From the human T2T-CHM13v2.0 reference genome, Homo sapiens: a stretch of DNA of 64,000 nt. Where the stretch lies: NCBI RefSeq assembly GCF_009914755.1, contig NC_060926.1. One strand, 5' to 3'. Position 1 is the stretch's first letter; the number at the start of each line of letters is the position of its first letter. Under the pieces are notes generated by a model. It was not told where the DNA came from and did not search any database. It saw only the letters and a program-made list of their open reading frames with translations. A program made the position numbers and the translations under genes. Positions 1 to 13,786 of the stretch are shown in pieces.

Positions 1-139
1 GTTTCCACTTCCAAAGCCCTTTCCAGCTGCTCCTCTGAGATTCCTTCCTCCTCTCCTTGCACCAACAAGGTTTAAGCAGGAGATAATCCAATGTGTCAGT
101 CACTCACTAGCAGTCCTGTTGGGAAGTGTAATAAGTGCT

Positions 140-335
140 CTCTCTATCCCAGGCACTATGCTAGACTCTTCACATATGCTAGACTGTTCACCTCATTCAA
201 TCATCCAACAACCCTGTTAGGCAGGTACCCTTATATTATCCCATTTTACTGGTAAGAAAACTGAGACTTAGGAAGATTAAGTAATTTGCCCAAGGTTACG
301 GGGCTAGTACTGACAAGCAAGTTCAAAACCAGTTT
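140..335. mobile_element. MIR (others at about 2590-2750, 4510-4750, 5460-5650, 13120-13320, 14400-14600, 31350-31570)
   Basis: MIR core cccattttac...gaaactgag...ttaagtaatttgcccaagg. Confidence 0.8.
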
Positions 336-3300
336 ACTGCAGCAAAGACGGAGCCTCTATTTGAGGGGTAAAAAAGGAAAAAGATTAAAGCAAACAAACA
401 GGAAAACTTAAAGAGATAACATTATATACTTTCAAGGTGACATCTTACCAGAACACTGCACTCAAAGATGCAAAAGCTTGCTTAACGAATTGATTTTCAA
501 GGAAAATGTCCTCAGGTCACCCAGGCCATAAGAAAGTCCCATAAGGAAGACCTTAGCAGCATTGTGGGAACCTCTTAGGGGTGCCCTCTGTCAAGGGGGA
601 AGCCGCCGCCCTCATGGCAGCCCTGTCTCCATGCTGCTGCCGGGCTGGGAATCATCTTGTCTACCCCTTCAATGGGAACCTACATGGTTCCTTTGCTGTC
701 CTTTAAAAGTCTCACTCCTCAGCCTGGCTTGGTGCCTCTCTATGTGACATCTCACTCCTCCCCCAGTACCTGCTGGCCTCACTGCCCCGCTGTCCTCACC
801 ATGCCCCCAACCCTCATCGAGCATGTCCATCTTAACTCAGCCTTCCACTGGTCCTCTCCGGAGATTTTTCTCCATCTTTGAAGACCCCACCATGTCCCAT
901 GGACTGGAGCAAAGCATTTTAGACCTTCTTCAATCACCATGGTGTCTCCCTCCCTGACCTCAGGTCACTGTGACATTGTTATTTCATTGAGAGGTATGTG
1001 TTGTGCTTTTGTTCCTGCAAGATTTTGAGGCCCCCTTGAGCACAGATCAACTGTGGAATCATAGACCACTAGGGCTAGCAGTCTTGTCAGGCATGATTCA
1101 TCCAACACCTCATTTTGTAGATGAGGACACCAAAGGCAGTCCAGGTGGAATATGTTTTCTTTTGTATCCCCTGTGACTTCCTGCATAGGATGGGTACTTA
1201 GTAAATGCTCAATAAATACCGAGCCCATCTGTTTGGATCCAGCCCTGCTCCATAATTTACTATGAAATCTGTGATACAAGCTTTTGTCAAGAACTCATTT
1301 TAATTGACCGTATTAACAATAAACACAAAATAAGAGAAATTCCACTTTAAGAAACTCTAATATGCTAGCTTCCTAAACCAGATGAACTAACATGAATTAT
1401 TCATTTTAAAAGCTGAGCTCCTTTAAATAGCTCCTATAGTTATGATAAGATTGGATTTGAACACTTTGAATGTAAATTGAACTTTTCGGCCACATTATGA
1501 AACTGTAGAGAATAGGGTGCTCTTGTACCTCACTTGCCTTGCAAACAAAATGGATCCTTTTAGGAGCTCAGAGGCCAACAGATTTGTCTCTGAATCTGAA
1601 CTGTACTTGAAGAGTCATCATCAAACCCAGGCTGGCCAGAAGCATGGGCAGCTAGAGGCAGGGATGTGGACCTGAACGCTGGGGAGCTGGGTCTCCAGAT
1701 AAAAAGGTGGGAGGCAGCTGGGTCAGAATGGGGCCCTACTCAGCTGGGGTACTGCTCACACACTTGCTCAAGCATTGCAGCAACAGGATTGCCTCCTCAA
1801 GGGAGGCTCCGGCTGAACACGCTCCCCTCTTCTTTCCTTGCCTGTCTCTTGCCTATCCTGGTCTTTCCTGGTGTCCTCCTCTCTCTATTCCCAGGCTCTG
1901 TTCTCTTTTCTTTTCCCTCTCCCTCGTACCCTCCTCTCCCTCACCCTCTCTCTGTGACTATGTATGGGAGATGGGAAATAACCATGTAACAGTGTTTAAC
2001 ATAGATTTTCTATTAGTTGGGCGGTTTTTAAATGTTCATATATGTATTTTAAAGGCCCCGGCTCCTTTAAGAAGTCAGTAGGTAAATAATGGAAGCTCTT
2101 GAAGCACAGATAAGGCAATTCTGAGAAGATTAATTAGAAGTAAACTGCTGACACAGGGATATTCAGTGCCTCTGTGAATTTCCTACCCTTCTCAATCATC
2201 CACCCTGGGAGAAAGCCTATTCTATTGGGCCGAAGTTACCATAAATAGTCCCCACTGTTGACCTGATTGTTGGAGCCACAGGGAATAAATCTGCCCCAGA
2301 GGAACCCCAACCTTTGCCAGTGCCTGGAAATGACCAGCACCCTTTAGGATCTGAAACAGAAATTCTTATGTGAAACCTGCCTCTTCCAGGCAGCGTTTGT
2401 TGCTCAGCCCCACTTTCTCTCTGTGAACCTCCTCGCATACGAATGTTTTAATGCCTTGCATTTAATCCGCACCTGACTGTTTTGCATTTGCTGCCATGTT
2501 GTTCTGTGATTATTCCCTCCTCTTTCATGTGGTTATATTTCATTTACTTACCCAACTAGACCATGAGCTTAAGAATAAGAAGAACAAACATTTATTAAGT
2601 GACTCTAACGAACCACCCACTGTGCTTAGCACTTGGCAAATATAATATTATTTAATTCTCAGACAATTCAGAAGGTAAAGATGATGCTCTCGTTTTACAG
2701 ATGAGGAAACGGAAGTTTAGAGAAGGTAAATAAATGTCTGAGCCTGACACTACACCTTTGTCCCAGCTTTCTTCACTTGCCTTTGACCCTGGACTGTGCA
2801 CATCACACTCATTTTGCAAGTGCCACCAACTGGGAGTCAGGGTCCCCATCCCCAGCTTCCAGTCCTGGGGCCTCCAAGCCCAAGTTCATGAATATTGAGA
2901 TGTGTCTTTCATGGCCGTGTTGGGGAACTCGGCACCTGGGCATCCCTCCCCCCTACTCCTTGCTTACTTGCCTGCTGCAAGTTCTGGGGTAGTTAGGCTT
3001 ATTGTACGATAAAGTGGCAGCCCAAACATGCCTGGAAAGTGACGTCTGCTCACACGGAAGAAGCAGTTTCCAAAATGTGAGACTGAAAAATGGCTGGAGT
3101 TGTGGCTGTTGTCTCGGTGGCAGAAGCAGCTGTAGCAGCCCCAGCCTGGGAATGCTGGTGAGGGTGCTGGGGACACTCTCCAAGTCAAGGGCAAAACCTT
3201 CTCAGCGTGGCTTTCCCTGCCAAGTACGGACCCGCCCTGCATGTGGCAGCCTTAGTTGGACCCTCGTTTATTATTGTAATGAGGATCCCTTTTCTAACGT

Positions 3301-6300
3301 GTTTTCCTAGCCCTCATGTGGCTGAACTGTTATTTTTCTCACTTGACTTTTTGCCTGTGAAATGTTTTGGATAAATATGCAGCTGAAATGGCTTGTTACT
3401 AACTGTGTACATTTTTGGTTGAATGAAAAGTAAAGAAATACAGCATTTCGCATGTAAAATATTCTGTTAATGTTATATAATTTGGCTGTGGAGTATCATT
3501 TTGCTTTTATGAAAGGGTCTGGTGAAACCCTCAGGAATAGCAGATGGCTAACATGTAGTAATTATCGGTTACTAAATATCACTTATATCACACTGATCTA
3601 TTCATACAAGTATAACCACATTAAATGTATATTTTTTGAAAAGACAATATGTAATGTGAGTGCTTGAAACAATGGTGGGACCTAAGTAAAATGGAGGAAC
3701 TAGTCTAAGGTGTAAGTGATTTTAGGAGCCTTGTTTCAGCGACAGTGCCCTCCTTTCCCCCAACCCTCGCCCCATCTCACTTTGCCCTCTGCTCTAGGTT
3801 TTCACAGGGAGCTGGTCTCTGCCTGCCGACAGACAGCTGGGCAGGGCGGGAATATGAGGAATGCAGTGTGGAGGTCAGCACTTGAGCAGATGTTTTGAAT
3901 TCTCTGCCTGGAAGCTGATGTTTAGGACTGGCCATGACTGCCGTTCTTGGCATCATTTCTATTTGGCTGTGAGTCGTCCGCTTGATGCATGGTCCACAGC
4001 TGATTTTCATGCCCCAAACAATCCCCATCGAAGGTCACACAACGTCCAGTTCTCCTGCCCTTCTCTGTCACTCTGTTCCCAGAAAATGAAGCCCCAGTCT
4101 AGATAAGTCACTACCATGTTGGGAAAGCCACATTGCTCCATACAGTAAGTGCCTGATCAGTGGTTGCTGCCTCATTGTCACAGGGAAGGGACTTCAAAGC
4201 TACATCAAAGTGGTTTTAAGTTGCCTGCTGATTTCAGATGAGCAAATCGCAGGGTGGCAAGTAGGTTTTAAATCTTGGACCAGTTTGGATCAATCAGGAG
4301 GGACTTCTTGGAGTACTCTTCTTGAGGAATCTGAAGTTGAGTCCTGATTGGAGAAAAGGGGTGCCATAATCAGTTAGGGATTTCTGCTATGGAAATGGGC
4401 ATGAGGGAACAGCAATATATTGAGAATGCAGCTCTGCTTATCCTTAAATCTCACCTCAATGGTCACCTGCTCGGGAAGGCCTTCCCTGACTTCTCAGCAA
4501 CATAGCCTGGGTTTTGAGAGCACAGGATCAGGGTCCACCATCAAGGCTTGAATTTTGACCCTGCTACTCACTGGCTTTCTGACCTTGAGGAAAACATTTC
4601 ACTTCTTTGTGCAGCAGTTTCCTTATCTGCAAAATGGGACCAAAAATAGCACCACTTCATGGGACTATTGTGAATATTAAACACGTCGAGACATTGATTA
4701 ATGTCACCTACAATAGTCAGACACAGAGGTAGGCCCTCCTTAAGATGTACCTAGCTAGTATTACTTCCAGGCTAGCCCAGGGGCCACTGTTGTCCTGTTG
4801 ACAGAGTTCTCTCTCCTTGATTGTACTAACCCAGTGGTATTTTTACATTTGTAGTGTGAGTATTGGTTAATGTCTGCTTCTAGTCATCATTGTATGGCCA
4901 GTGCCTGGCACCAAGCAGTGTCCAGTAAATATGTGTTGAATGAATGGATGGTCTCCTGGGCTGGTTGACTCATCCAGCAAGGGAGAAAGAACTGATGGCT
5001 TCTGGGGGCACCCTAAGCCTTCCTCAAGATGATTCTCTATTCTAACTTAAGATTGTGCCAACATTGCTGCAGGAGAAAGATCTCAAGATCTTTCCCCACA
5101 AGATGGTAGGGAAAGAAATGAGGTAGTGGGGAGGAGGAGGAGGAAGAGGGGGAACAATCTGTAGAAGTGAGAAAAGAAAGCTAGAGACGGAGAGGAAGGA
5201 AAGGAAGAAAAAGAGGGGACCACCTTTTAAAATACGGGAAACAAGAAGGATGAGAAAATTAAATAAATGAGAAGAGGGGAAAGGAATAGAAGGAAAATTA
5301 CCAAATGCCTAAGGCAGGCAAATCTGTTGATGAAGGTGACATACCGGCCCAGGGAACAGGCAACCAGAAGCTTCCAGCAGACTGAGAATCTCCTTGGCCT
5401 TGGGACCAGTTCTCTCTGGAGGGACCTGCTTAGAGGGTCTGTACTTAGATACCTGAGTATGAATCCTGACACCCCCACATACTGCCTGAGTAATGCTGGT
5501 CAAGCCACTTATCTGAGCCTTGGTTTTCCCTCCGATCAAACTCTGATGAAAATTGCCTATTTTATAAAATCATTGTATTATCGAGATAATCCATGTCAAA
5601 ATTCTTAAGTTATTGGCACACAGTAAGCTCACAATGAATAATAATAATTGCTATTATTGGAAAATGCCAGGTGGGCAGGAGTGCCTCTAGTCAATCCTCC
5701 CTGCTTTATGGTTTGACCTCCTAGCCATGCTTTGGCTAGGATCCCTGGAGCACTAAGCTTGCAGCACCAGTGGCTAGCTCATATCAGCACCTTTTATTGA
5801 GGACCCTTTGGTGTCAAGTTCCATCATGGGCCCTGGGGATACAGGAAAGGCACCAGGGACCACTTTGGACCCTTGGCAGGTCCTGAAGCCCATTCTTAGC
5901 TTCCATCTCCCTGGTGACATTGGGCCTTCTCATTCTCAGGATAAGTCTTCACCTCCAAAGTGGAAGGTGAGGGTCAGAAGCTGTGAACTGACTGTCAGAC
6001 AGAGGAGAGCCCAGGAGAAGGAGGGAAACAGGCTCACAATCAGAACGCCCCGATTCCAGCCCCAGCACCTCCCTGATACTACCATGAGACCTTGAGAGAA
6101 TCTGTTAACCTCTCTGAGCCTCACTTGGTTTGCACTTTTGTAAATGGAGGAAATAATGCCTGCTGTAGCCTACTTCATAGGATCACAAAGACTGTGAAAA
6201 TAGCAGGATTCACTCAATGCCCAAGATTTTTATTATTGTAATAATGATCTGTTCTCAAAAAGATGCTAAAATTTCGAGCCAGGATAGAACAATCTTTTTG

Positions 6301-7049
6301 AAGAGCTTTTTTTGGGGGTGGGTAGATGGGGGATAGAGGCCTTGACTGTCATGGAAAAACACTACAAAGGGGGCTCAGGTGGGTGGAGGGAATGAACTCA
6401 CAGGGGAGACGTGCTTGGGGCACAAGGGGGTGGCCGGATGGTCTGTAAATGTTGAGACTGGATTGAACCTTTGCCCCTCTCTGAACTTCCTCCTTTAGGG
6501 ACTGGACAGGAAGACAAGATCCTGAAATACCATAAGAATGGTGTTTCTCATTCCTCTCCAGTCCAAACAAGGAAGCTGGGAAATCTTGCAAGGGCACGCT
6601 TTAGTTCAAAGGCCTCAAGTCCAAAGAGCAGAGTAAGTTCAGCTGGAGTCAGGAGCCAAGGCCTGGAATGCTTGAATAGTCTTGCCCTAGGCCTCTGGGT
6701 CTTCCCAGACACCTTAGCTTCTGAGAAGCTGTTTAATCTGAACCACTAATATTTTGATTGACTCAAGTGTCAATCAAAGTAGTGGCTGGTCAGCAAATGA
6801 CTTGTCTCACTATAAAGTTATATGAATAATTAAAAAGCATTCATTCATTTGTTCTTTCAACAACTATCTGCCAATAAAGGTCATAGAATTTTAGAGGCTA
6901 ATGATTGAATGGATATTAATAAGAATACTGGACTTCTCTCACAGCCTATGCTCATGTGGCTACAGTGAAATGTTTCTTTAAATATGGAATCACAGAACTA
7001 GAGGGACTGTTTGGCTAGTTTAAATTTATTCCATTTCCAAATTACTTTT

Positions 7050-7440
7050 CAGAAAGGCAATCATATTTATAATTCAGTCCCACGAAAGCTTCCCTCATGT
7101 ACCCTTCCAGTCGATACTGCCCCTCACCACAAAAAGGTGACCTCTATCACCAAGAATTCATTTTTTCTGTTCTTGAGATTCACATAAGTAGAATTGCACA
7201 GTATGTACTCTTTTTGTGTCTGCTTACTTTCACTTAACAGTTTGTCATTGGATATATCAGTAGTTCTTTTTTATTGCTGTGTAATACTCCATTGTGTGAA
7301 TACATCACCTTTTATTTACCCTTTCTACTGTTGATGGGCATGTGGGTTGTTTCCAATTTGAGACCACTATGAATACAGTTGCTATAAGTATTCTCATGCA
7401 TGTCTTCTTGTTCGCATAAGAACTCATTTATGTCAAGTGT
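7050..7440 (-). mobile_element. Ancient L1 (L1ME-like) 3' fragment
   Basis: ctactgttgatgggcatgtgggttgtttccaattt and tactccattgtgtgaata hallmarks. Confidence 0.8.
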
Positions 7441-8012
7441 GTTTACTCACTCAATGTTAACTTTATCAATCTGAAATGGGCCTTTGTGGCCACTTAATTC
7501 AAGCAATGCCTATATTCCCAGGTGAAGGCAAATACCTTTGGATTCCACAAGTTTTACAATCTAGTACCTGAGCAGCCGTTCTGCTCAAAGACTTCCCATG
7601 TTTCTTCTATTCTATTCCATATATCTGAAACCACAACCAATTTTTCTTAGGCATAATAGTGCCCAGCATATACTCAGGAAATGTATAGTCTGCCTCACAC
7701 AGTCATATTCAGGATTCTGAGTCTCTGTGCTGTATCAGACTCAGAGCCATTTAAAAATCAGGGCAGAAAGTCATTTTTCACACTGAGATTTAACTGGCCT
7801 GCTAAAACCAACTTTTGAATGTGACCCACAAAATCCTGGGTAGATAAAAGGAGATCAAAGCTGAACAAACCCTCACTAAGTTGATGTAGGTGGAGAGCGA
7901 GGTGAAAGTGTTGGTCGACCTTCTACCCCCTGGAGCAAGGCCCTCTTTTATGTTTTATCGTTATTAGTGAACTCATTGTGGTCACTGTCCTAAGCAATTT
8001 TCCTAAGCAGAG

Positions 8013-8115
8013 GCCTCATGAACAGCCTAATGCCCCTGTATTTTCTGGTCTGTAGTATCCAAGGGCAGATGCCTCATGAACAGCCTAATGCTCCTGTATT
8101 ATCTGGTCTGTAGTA
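8013..8115. repeat. 45-bp direct duplication (period 58)
   Basis: 8013-8057 vs 8071-8115, 43/45 identical. Confidence 0.95.
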
Positions 8116-8381
8116 CCTAACATTAGTTGATATGAAAAATCTTTAATTATTAATTATAGACATGTCATTGTCATTTTTCTTCTCTGCTAGTGAGAAGAGG
8201 GAATTTGGACCAGAGTTTGAGAGATGAGTAACAGTAGTATGAAAGCACCATCTTTTACTAAGCATGGTCACTATGTAAAGCATCTCACATTGCTTACCTG
8301 CAGTCTTGTAGCTCCATTCTCACAAATGTGGAAACTCAGGCTCAGAAAGGCTAAGTAGCTTGCCAAGGGCCAAACTGTTAG

Positions 8382-10660
8382 TGTGTTAGTCTGTTCTCAC
8401 ACTGCTATAAGCACTTACTTGAGACTGGGTAATTTATAAAGGAAAGAGGGTTTAACTGACTCACAGTTCCACGTGGCTGAGGAGACATCAGATCTCATGA
8501 GAGCTCACTCACTATCATGAGAAGAGCATGGGGTAACTGCCCCCATGATTCAATTACCTTCCACCAGGTCCCTCCCATGACACATGAGGATTATGGGAAC
8601 TACAGTTTGAGATGAGATTTGGGTGGGGACACAGCCAAACAATATAGTTCTGTCCCTGGCCTCTCCCAGATCTCATGTCCTCACGTTTCAAAACACAATC
8701 ATGTCTTCCCAACAGTCCCCAAAAGTCTTAACTAATTCCAGCATTAACCCAAAAGTCCAAGTCCAAAGTCTCATCTGAGATAAGGCAAGTCCCTTCCACC
8801 TATGAGCCTGTAAAATCAAAAGCAAGTTAATTACTTCCTAGATATAATGGAGGTACAGGCATTGGGTAAATACATCCATTCCAAATGGGAGAAATTGGCC
8901 AAAACAAAGGGGTCTACAGGGCCCATGCAAGTCCAAAATCCAATACGGCAGCCATTAAACCTTAAAGTTGCAAAATGATCTCCTTTGACTCCATGCCTCA
9001 CATCCAGGTCACACTGATGCAAGAGGTGGGCTCCCATGGCCTTGAGCAGCCTCCACCCCTGTGGCTTTGCAGGGTACAGCCCCCTCCCTGCCCCAGCTGC
9101 TTTCATGAGGTGGTGTTGAGTGTCTGTGGCTTTTCCAGGAACACAGTGCAAGCTGTCAATGGATCTGCCATTCTGGGGTCTGGAGGATAGTGGCCCTCTT
9201 CTCACAGCTCCACTGTGTTGAGGCTCCAACACCACATTTCCCTTCTGTACTGCCCTAGCAGAGGTTCTCCATGAGGGCTCTGCCCTGCAGTAAACTTCTG
9301 CCTGGACATCCAGGAATTTCCGTACATCCTCTGAAAATCTAGGTTGAGGTTCCCCAACCTCAATTCTTGACTTCTGTGCATCCTCAGGCCCAATACCATG
9401 TGTAAACCACCAAGGCTTGGGGCTTGCACCCTCTAAAGCCATGGTCTGAGCCGTACATTGACCCTGAGTTGTATGTTGCTCCTTTTAGTCATGGCTGGGA
9501 CACAGGGCACCAAGTCCCAAGACTGCACAAAGCAGCAAGGCCCTGGGCCTGGCCCACAAAACCATTTTTTCCTTCTAGGCCTCCATGCCTATGATGGGAG
9601 GGGCTGCCGTGAAGGTCTATGACATGCCCTGGAGACATTTTCCACATAGTCTTTGTGATTAACATTTGACTCCTCATTACTTATGCAAATTTCTGTAGCT
9701 GGCTTGAATTTCTCCTCAGAAAATGGGTTTTTATTTTCTGTCACATCGTCAGGCTGCAAATTTTTCCAACTTTTATGCTCTGCTTTCCTTTTAAACTAAG
9801 TTCCAATTCCAAACTATATTTTGTGAATGCATAAAACTGAAAGCCTTTAATAGCACTCAAGTCATTGTGATCACTGTCCTAAGCAGTTTTCTAAGGGCAG
9901 AATGCTTTGCTGCTTAGAAATTTCTTCTGCCAGATACCCTATATCATCTTTCTCAAGTTCAAAGTTCCACAGATCTCTAGGGCAGGGGCAAAATGTTGCA
10001 TCTTTTTGCTAAAGCATAGCAAGCATCACCTTTATTCCAGTTCCCAAGAAGTTCCTCATCTCTACCTGAGACCACTTCAGTCTGGACTTCATTGTCCATA
10101 TTACCATCAGCATTTTGGTCAAAGCCATTCAACAAGTCTCTAGGAAGTTCCAAACTGTCCCACATCTTCTCTTCTTCTGAGCACTCCAAACTATTCCAAC
10201 CTCTGCCTGCTACCTAGTTCCAAAGTTGCTTCCACATTTTTGGGTATCTTTATAGCTACACCCCACTCTCTGTGGTACTAATTTACTGTATTAGTCCATT
10301 CTTATGCTGCCATAAGGATATAACCGAGACTGGGTAATTTATGAAGGAAAGAGGTTTAATTGACTCACAGTTCTGCATGGCTGGGGAGGCCTCAGGAAAC
10401 TTACAATCATGAGAGAAGGGGAGGCAAACACGTCCTTCTTCACATGGCAGCAGGAGAGAGAAGTGCCAAGCAAAGGGGGAAAAGCCCCTTATAAAACCAT
10501 CAGCTCTCATGAGAACTCACTCACTGTCATGAGAAAAGCATGGGGGTAACCACTCCCATGATTCAGTTACCTCCCCCTGGGTCCCTGCCACAACATGTGG
10601 GGAGTATGGGAACTACAATTCAAGATGAAATTTGGGTGGGGACAAAACCAAACCATATCA
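8382..10660 (-). mobile_element. Full-length THE1 (THE1C-like) ERVL-MaLR: LTR-internal-LTR
   Basis: LTRs at about 8382-8647 (internally deleted) and 10287-10660; typical THE1 internal sequence; 5-bp TSD gttag (8377-81, 10661-65); inserted in a MIR. Confidence 0.93.
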
Positions 10661-11911
10661 GTTAGTAATCTGCCACCCCGGGATTGAGGCCCAAAGTGCC
10701 TCCTAAAAAACCCAAGCTCTCTCTACCTCAAGCTGCATTTATGTGTTACTTTCCAATTTGCCAAGCACTTTTTTAGACATTTGTGTCATTTAATTTTCAT
10801 TATAAAAGATATTGTGTCATTTTAATTTTCATTACAAACACTTAATAGTGTCACACAGCTGGTAGGTGGCAGAGTCAAGATTTGAACCCAGGTTGCCTGG
10901 CACCAAATCCCGCTCCTTTTCTACTATACCACAACTACCTTCCCAAAAAAACCTTCTTCCAAAGTTCCTAAAACAAGTATCGTTTCAACACACTGCATTT
11001 GATGACAATCCAAGTTACCTAGAAAGTAAGGACAGAAATTTCTTGCTTTAAGAGTATGGCGCCTTAAGAAAATTTTAGGCTCGCAGCTGTGTTGAGGGTT
11101 GATGGGTGAATATCTTCACTGAGGTCAAGGAAAACAGAGTACTGGCATAATCAAAAGGACCAGGCCTGGAAGTAAATGAGGTGATCAACAGAATAGATTT
11201 CCCTTCCTCAAGAGAGATGCTGAACTGGTAAGAAAGAAAGCCCAGGATGCACGTATTGCTACCCAGTCTCCTTACCCCAATCAAAAATTATTCCTCTGAC
11301 ACACTGTTCTGTTCTCATTCTTTGAAAGATATTATGTGTTGCTCATTGAAAGGTGCTTGCTCTTTGAAAAGTGCAATGTTCCACATAAATGCAGGGCAGT
11401 GGTGTCTTTATTGTTATCGTGATTATTTCTGCAGGGGAAGAAGAGGAGGAGCCAGGGGAGCTGAGGTTCTTTCCCCAGAGCCCTCCCTCCTGCCGCGTCT
11501 GCTGACTGATCGGCAGGATGCCTCTGCTAGGTGTCGATAGAAGAGTCAGACTGAAAGTATTGTCTGAGGACATCACGAATAACGCAGGCAGAATGAATCA
11601 AAAAGAAATCAATGGTCCTAAAAATAGCAAAGAGACGTTCCCAGAATAAAGTCTTAATGGGAAAAAAAGGGGGTTGAATGATGTGTTATATTGTAAAAAG
11701 TCAAATGTTTTAAAAATGTCTATATAGAAAGATGAGTGATCAGCTTATAACAGAGTGACATCCAGGCTGAGAAGGTCCTGGAATCCAGCCTGGGAAGGGC
11801 CCACTGGGAGAGAACTTGCCCTTCTTCTGTTAGCTGCAACTTCTTTCTAGTACCTTGGGGGAAGAAAACCATGGGGAAGGTGGTCATCTTCTGATAATAA
11901 AAATCACCTAG

Positions 11912-12215
<304 letters not shown>

Positions 12216-12756
12216 AAAAATCACCCAGGTAATAAGGAGCATGCAGCCATGACAAGGTTTATTTGTGCACACACACACACATACACGCTCACCTGCTCTA
12301 GTTTTTATTGTTGGGTCCGTTGTATTGTGTTACACTGTGTTGCATTGAATTGTGTGGGTTTGGTTGGATTTCATTGAACTGTGCTGAATTTGAGATTGTA
12401 CTCTATGTGGGTGTAAAGCAGGTGAATATTCCCATTTTCAACCAAAGAGTGTGAATCTTTAGATAAGAATCTTGAAATTTGAAGAAGAGCCAGTTTGCCA
12501 GGGTTCTTTAGAATTCTTTCTGGCCTTGCTCTCTTGGGTAATGACTCAGAAGCTTAGAGAAAACATTAGCAAGAAAGTTATCTTACTCCTGAAGATAATA
12601 TTATTGTTGCCAAGCTAGCTAAAGTAATGGACCTTTACTGGCATTAGTAACCTAATGACCAAACACGGTTGGCAGGTTTTATTGGCAACGTACAGTGTAT
12701 GTGGAGGCCCATATGGAGAGTTTTTAAGGTGTAACATGGGAGACCTTCATATCCAT

Positions 12757-13100
12757 TAGTAAGCTTTCAACTTCAAGTAACAGAAGATCTAGCAGTAGTT
12801 TAATGATAACAATGTTTATTGTTTATTCAAAATAAGTCCAGAGGTTGGTGGTCTAGGGGTTGGTTTAACAACCCAGTACTGTCATCAGGGACCAGGCTTT
12901 TGGCATCCCTTATTTCATTGTCTTGAATATCTTGGTTTTTGTCCTCAAGTTATTGCCTCATCGTTACAAGATGGCTGCCACTGCTTCTTAAGACGTGCAA
13001 GGAAAGGAAAGAAGGGGGCAAAAAGGTTTCTTCCTTGTGCTGTTCTTTTGCCAGGGAGGGAATATTTTCCCAGAAGCCCCCCTAGATTTTCCTCCACATC
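12757..13100. mobile_element. Old MLT1 (K/L-like) LTR fragment
   Basis: caagtaacagaa...caagatggctgcc motifs. Confidence 0.55.
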
Positions 13101-13485
13101 TAGAGACAGGGGAGAGGACAGAAGTTCTGAGGTCAGACTCATATCCAGGTTCTTACACTTATCACCTGTGTGAACCTGAGCAAGTTCTCTGCACCCAAAA
13201 AAATGTCAAAATAATAGTGCCTATCTCTAAGGTTGCCATGAGAATTAAAGGGTCAATATACATAAAGGTCTCAGAACAGTGCCTGGTATATAGCACATAT
13301 ACAATACGTGTCAGCTATTATTTTTAGTAACATTGTCACCATTCTCATTTTATTGGCTAGATCTGGGTTGTAGGTACAAGAGTGTCTCTCAACTCAGAGG
13401 CTATGAGGGTAGATATATCAACAAGGATTCAAATCTTTCAACCAAAAATCACAGGCAAAGAACACCTTAAGTATTTGACTTCTGA

Positions 13486-13786
<301 letters not shown>

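Noticed and set aside
5075-5094. Palindrome gaaagatct-ca-agatctttc
   Set aside because: Short, isolated and compatible with chance.
8013-8115. CRISPR-like repeat-spacer appearance
   Set aside because: Only two copies, in human DNA; a simple tandem duplication.
8831-9442. 203-aa ORF
   Set aside because: Degenerate MaLR internal ORF relic within the THE1 element.
10377-10389. PRDM9 hotspot motif in the THE1 LTR
   Set aside because: Reads CCTCCCCAGCCAT and fails CCNCCNTNNCCNC at positions 7 and 13.
10781-10838. About 26-bp local duplication (also an 18-bp one at about 157-193)
   Set aside because: Ordinary slippage duplications in or near MIR relics.
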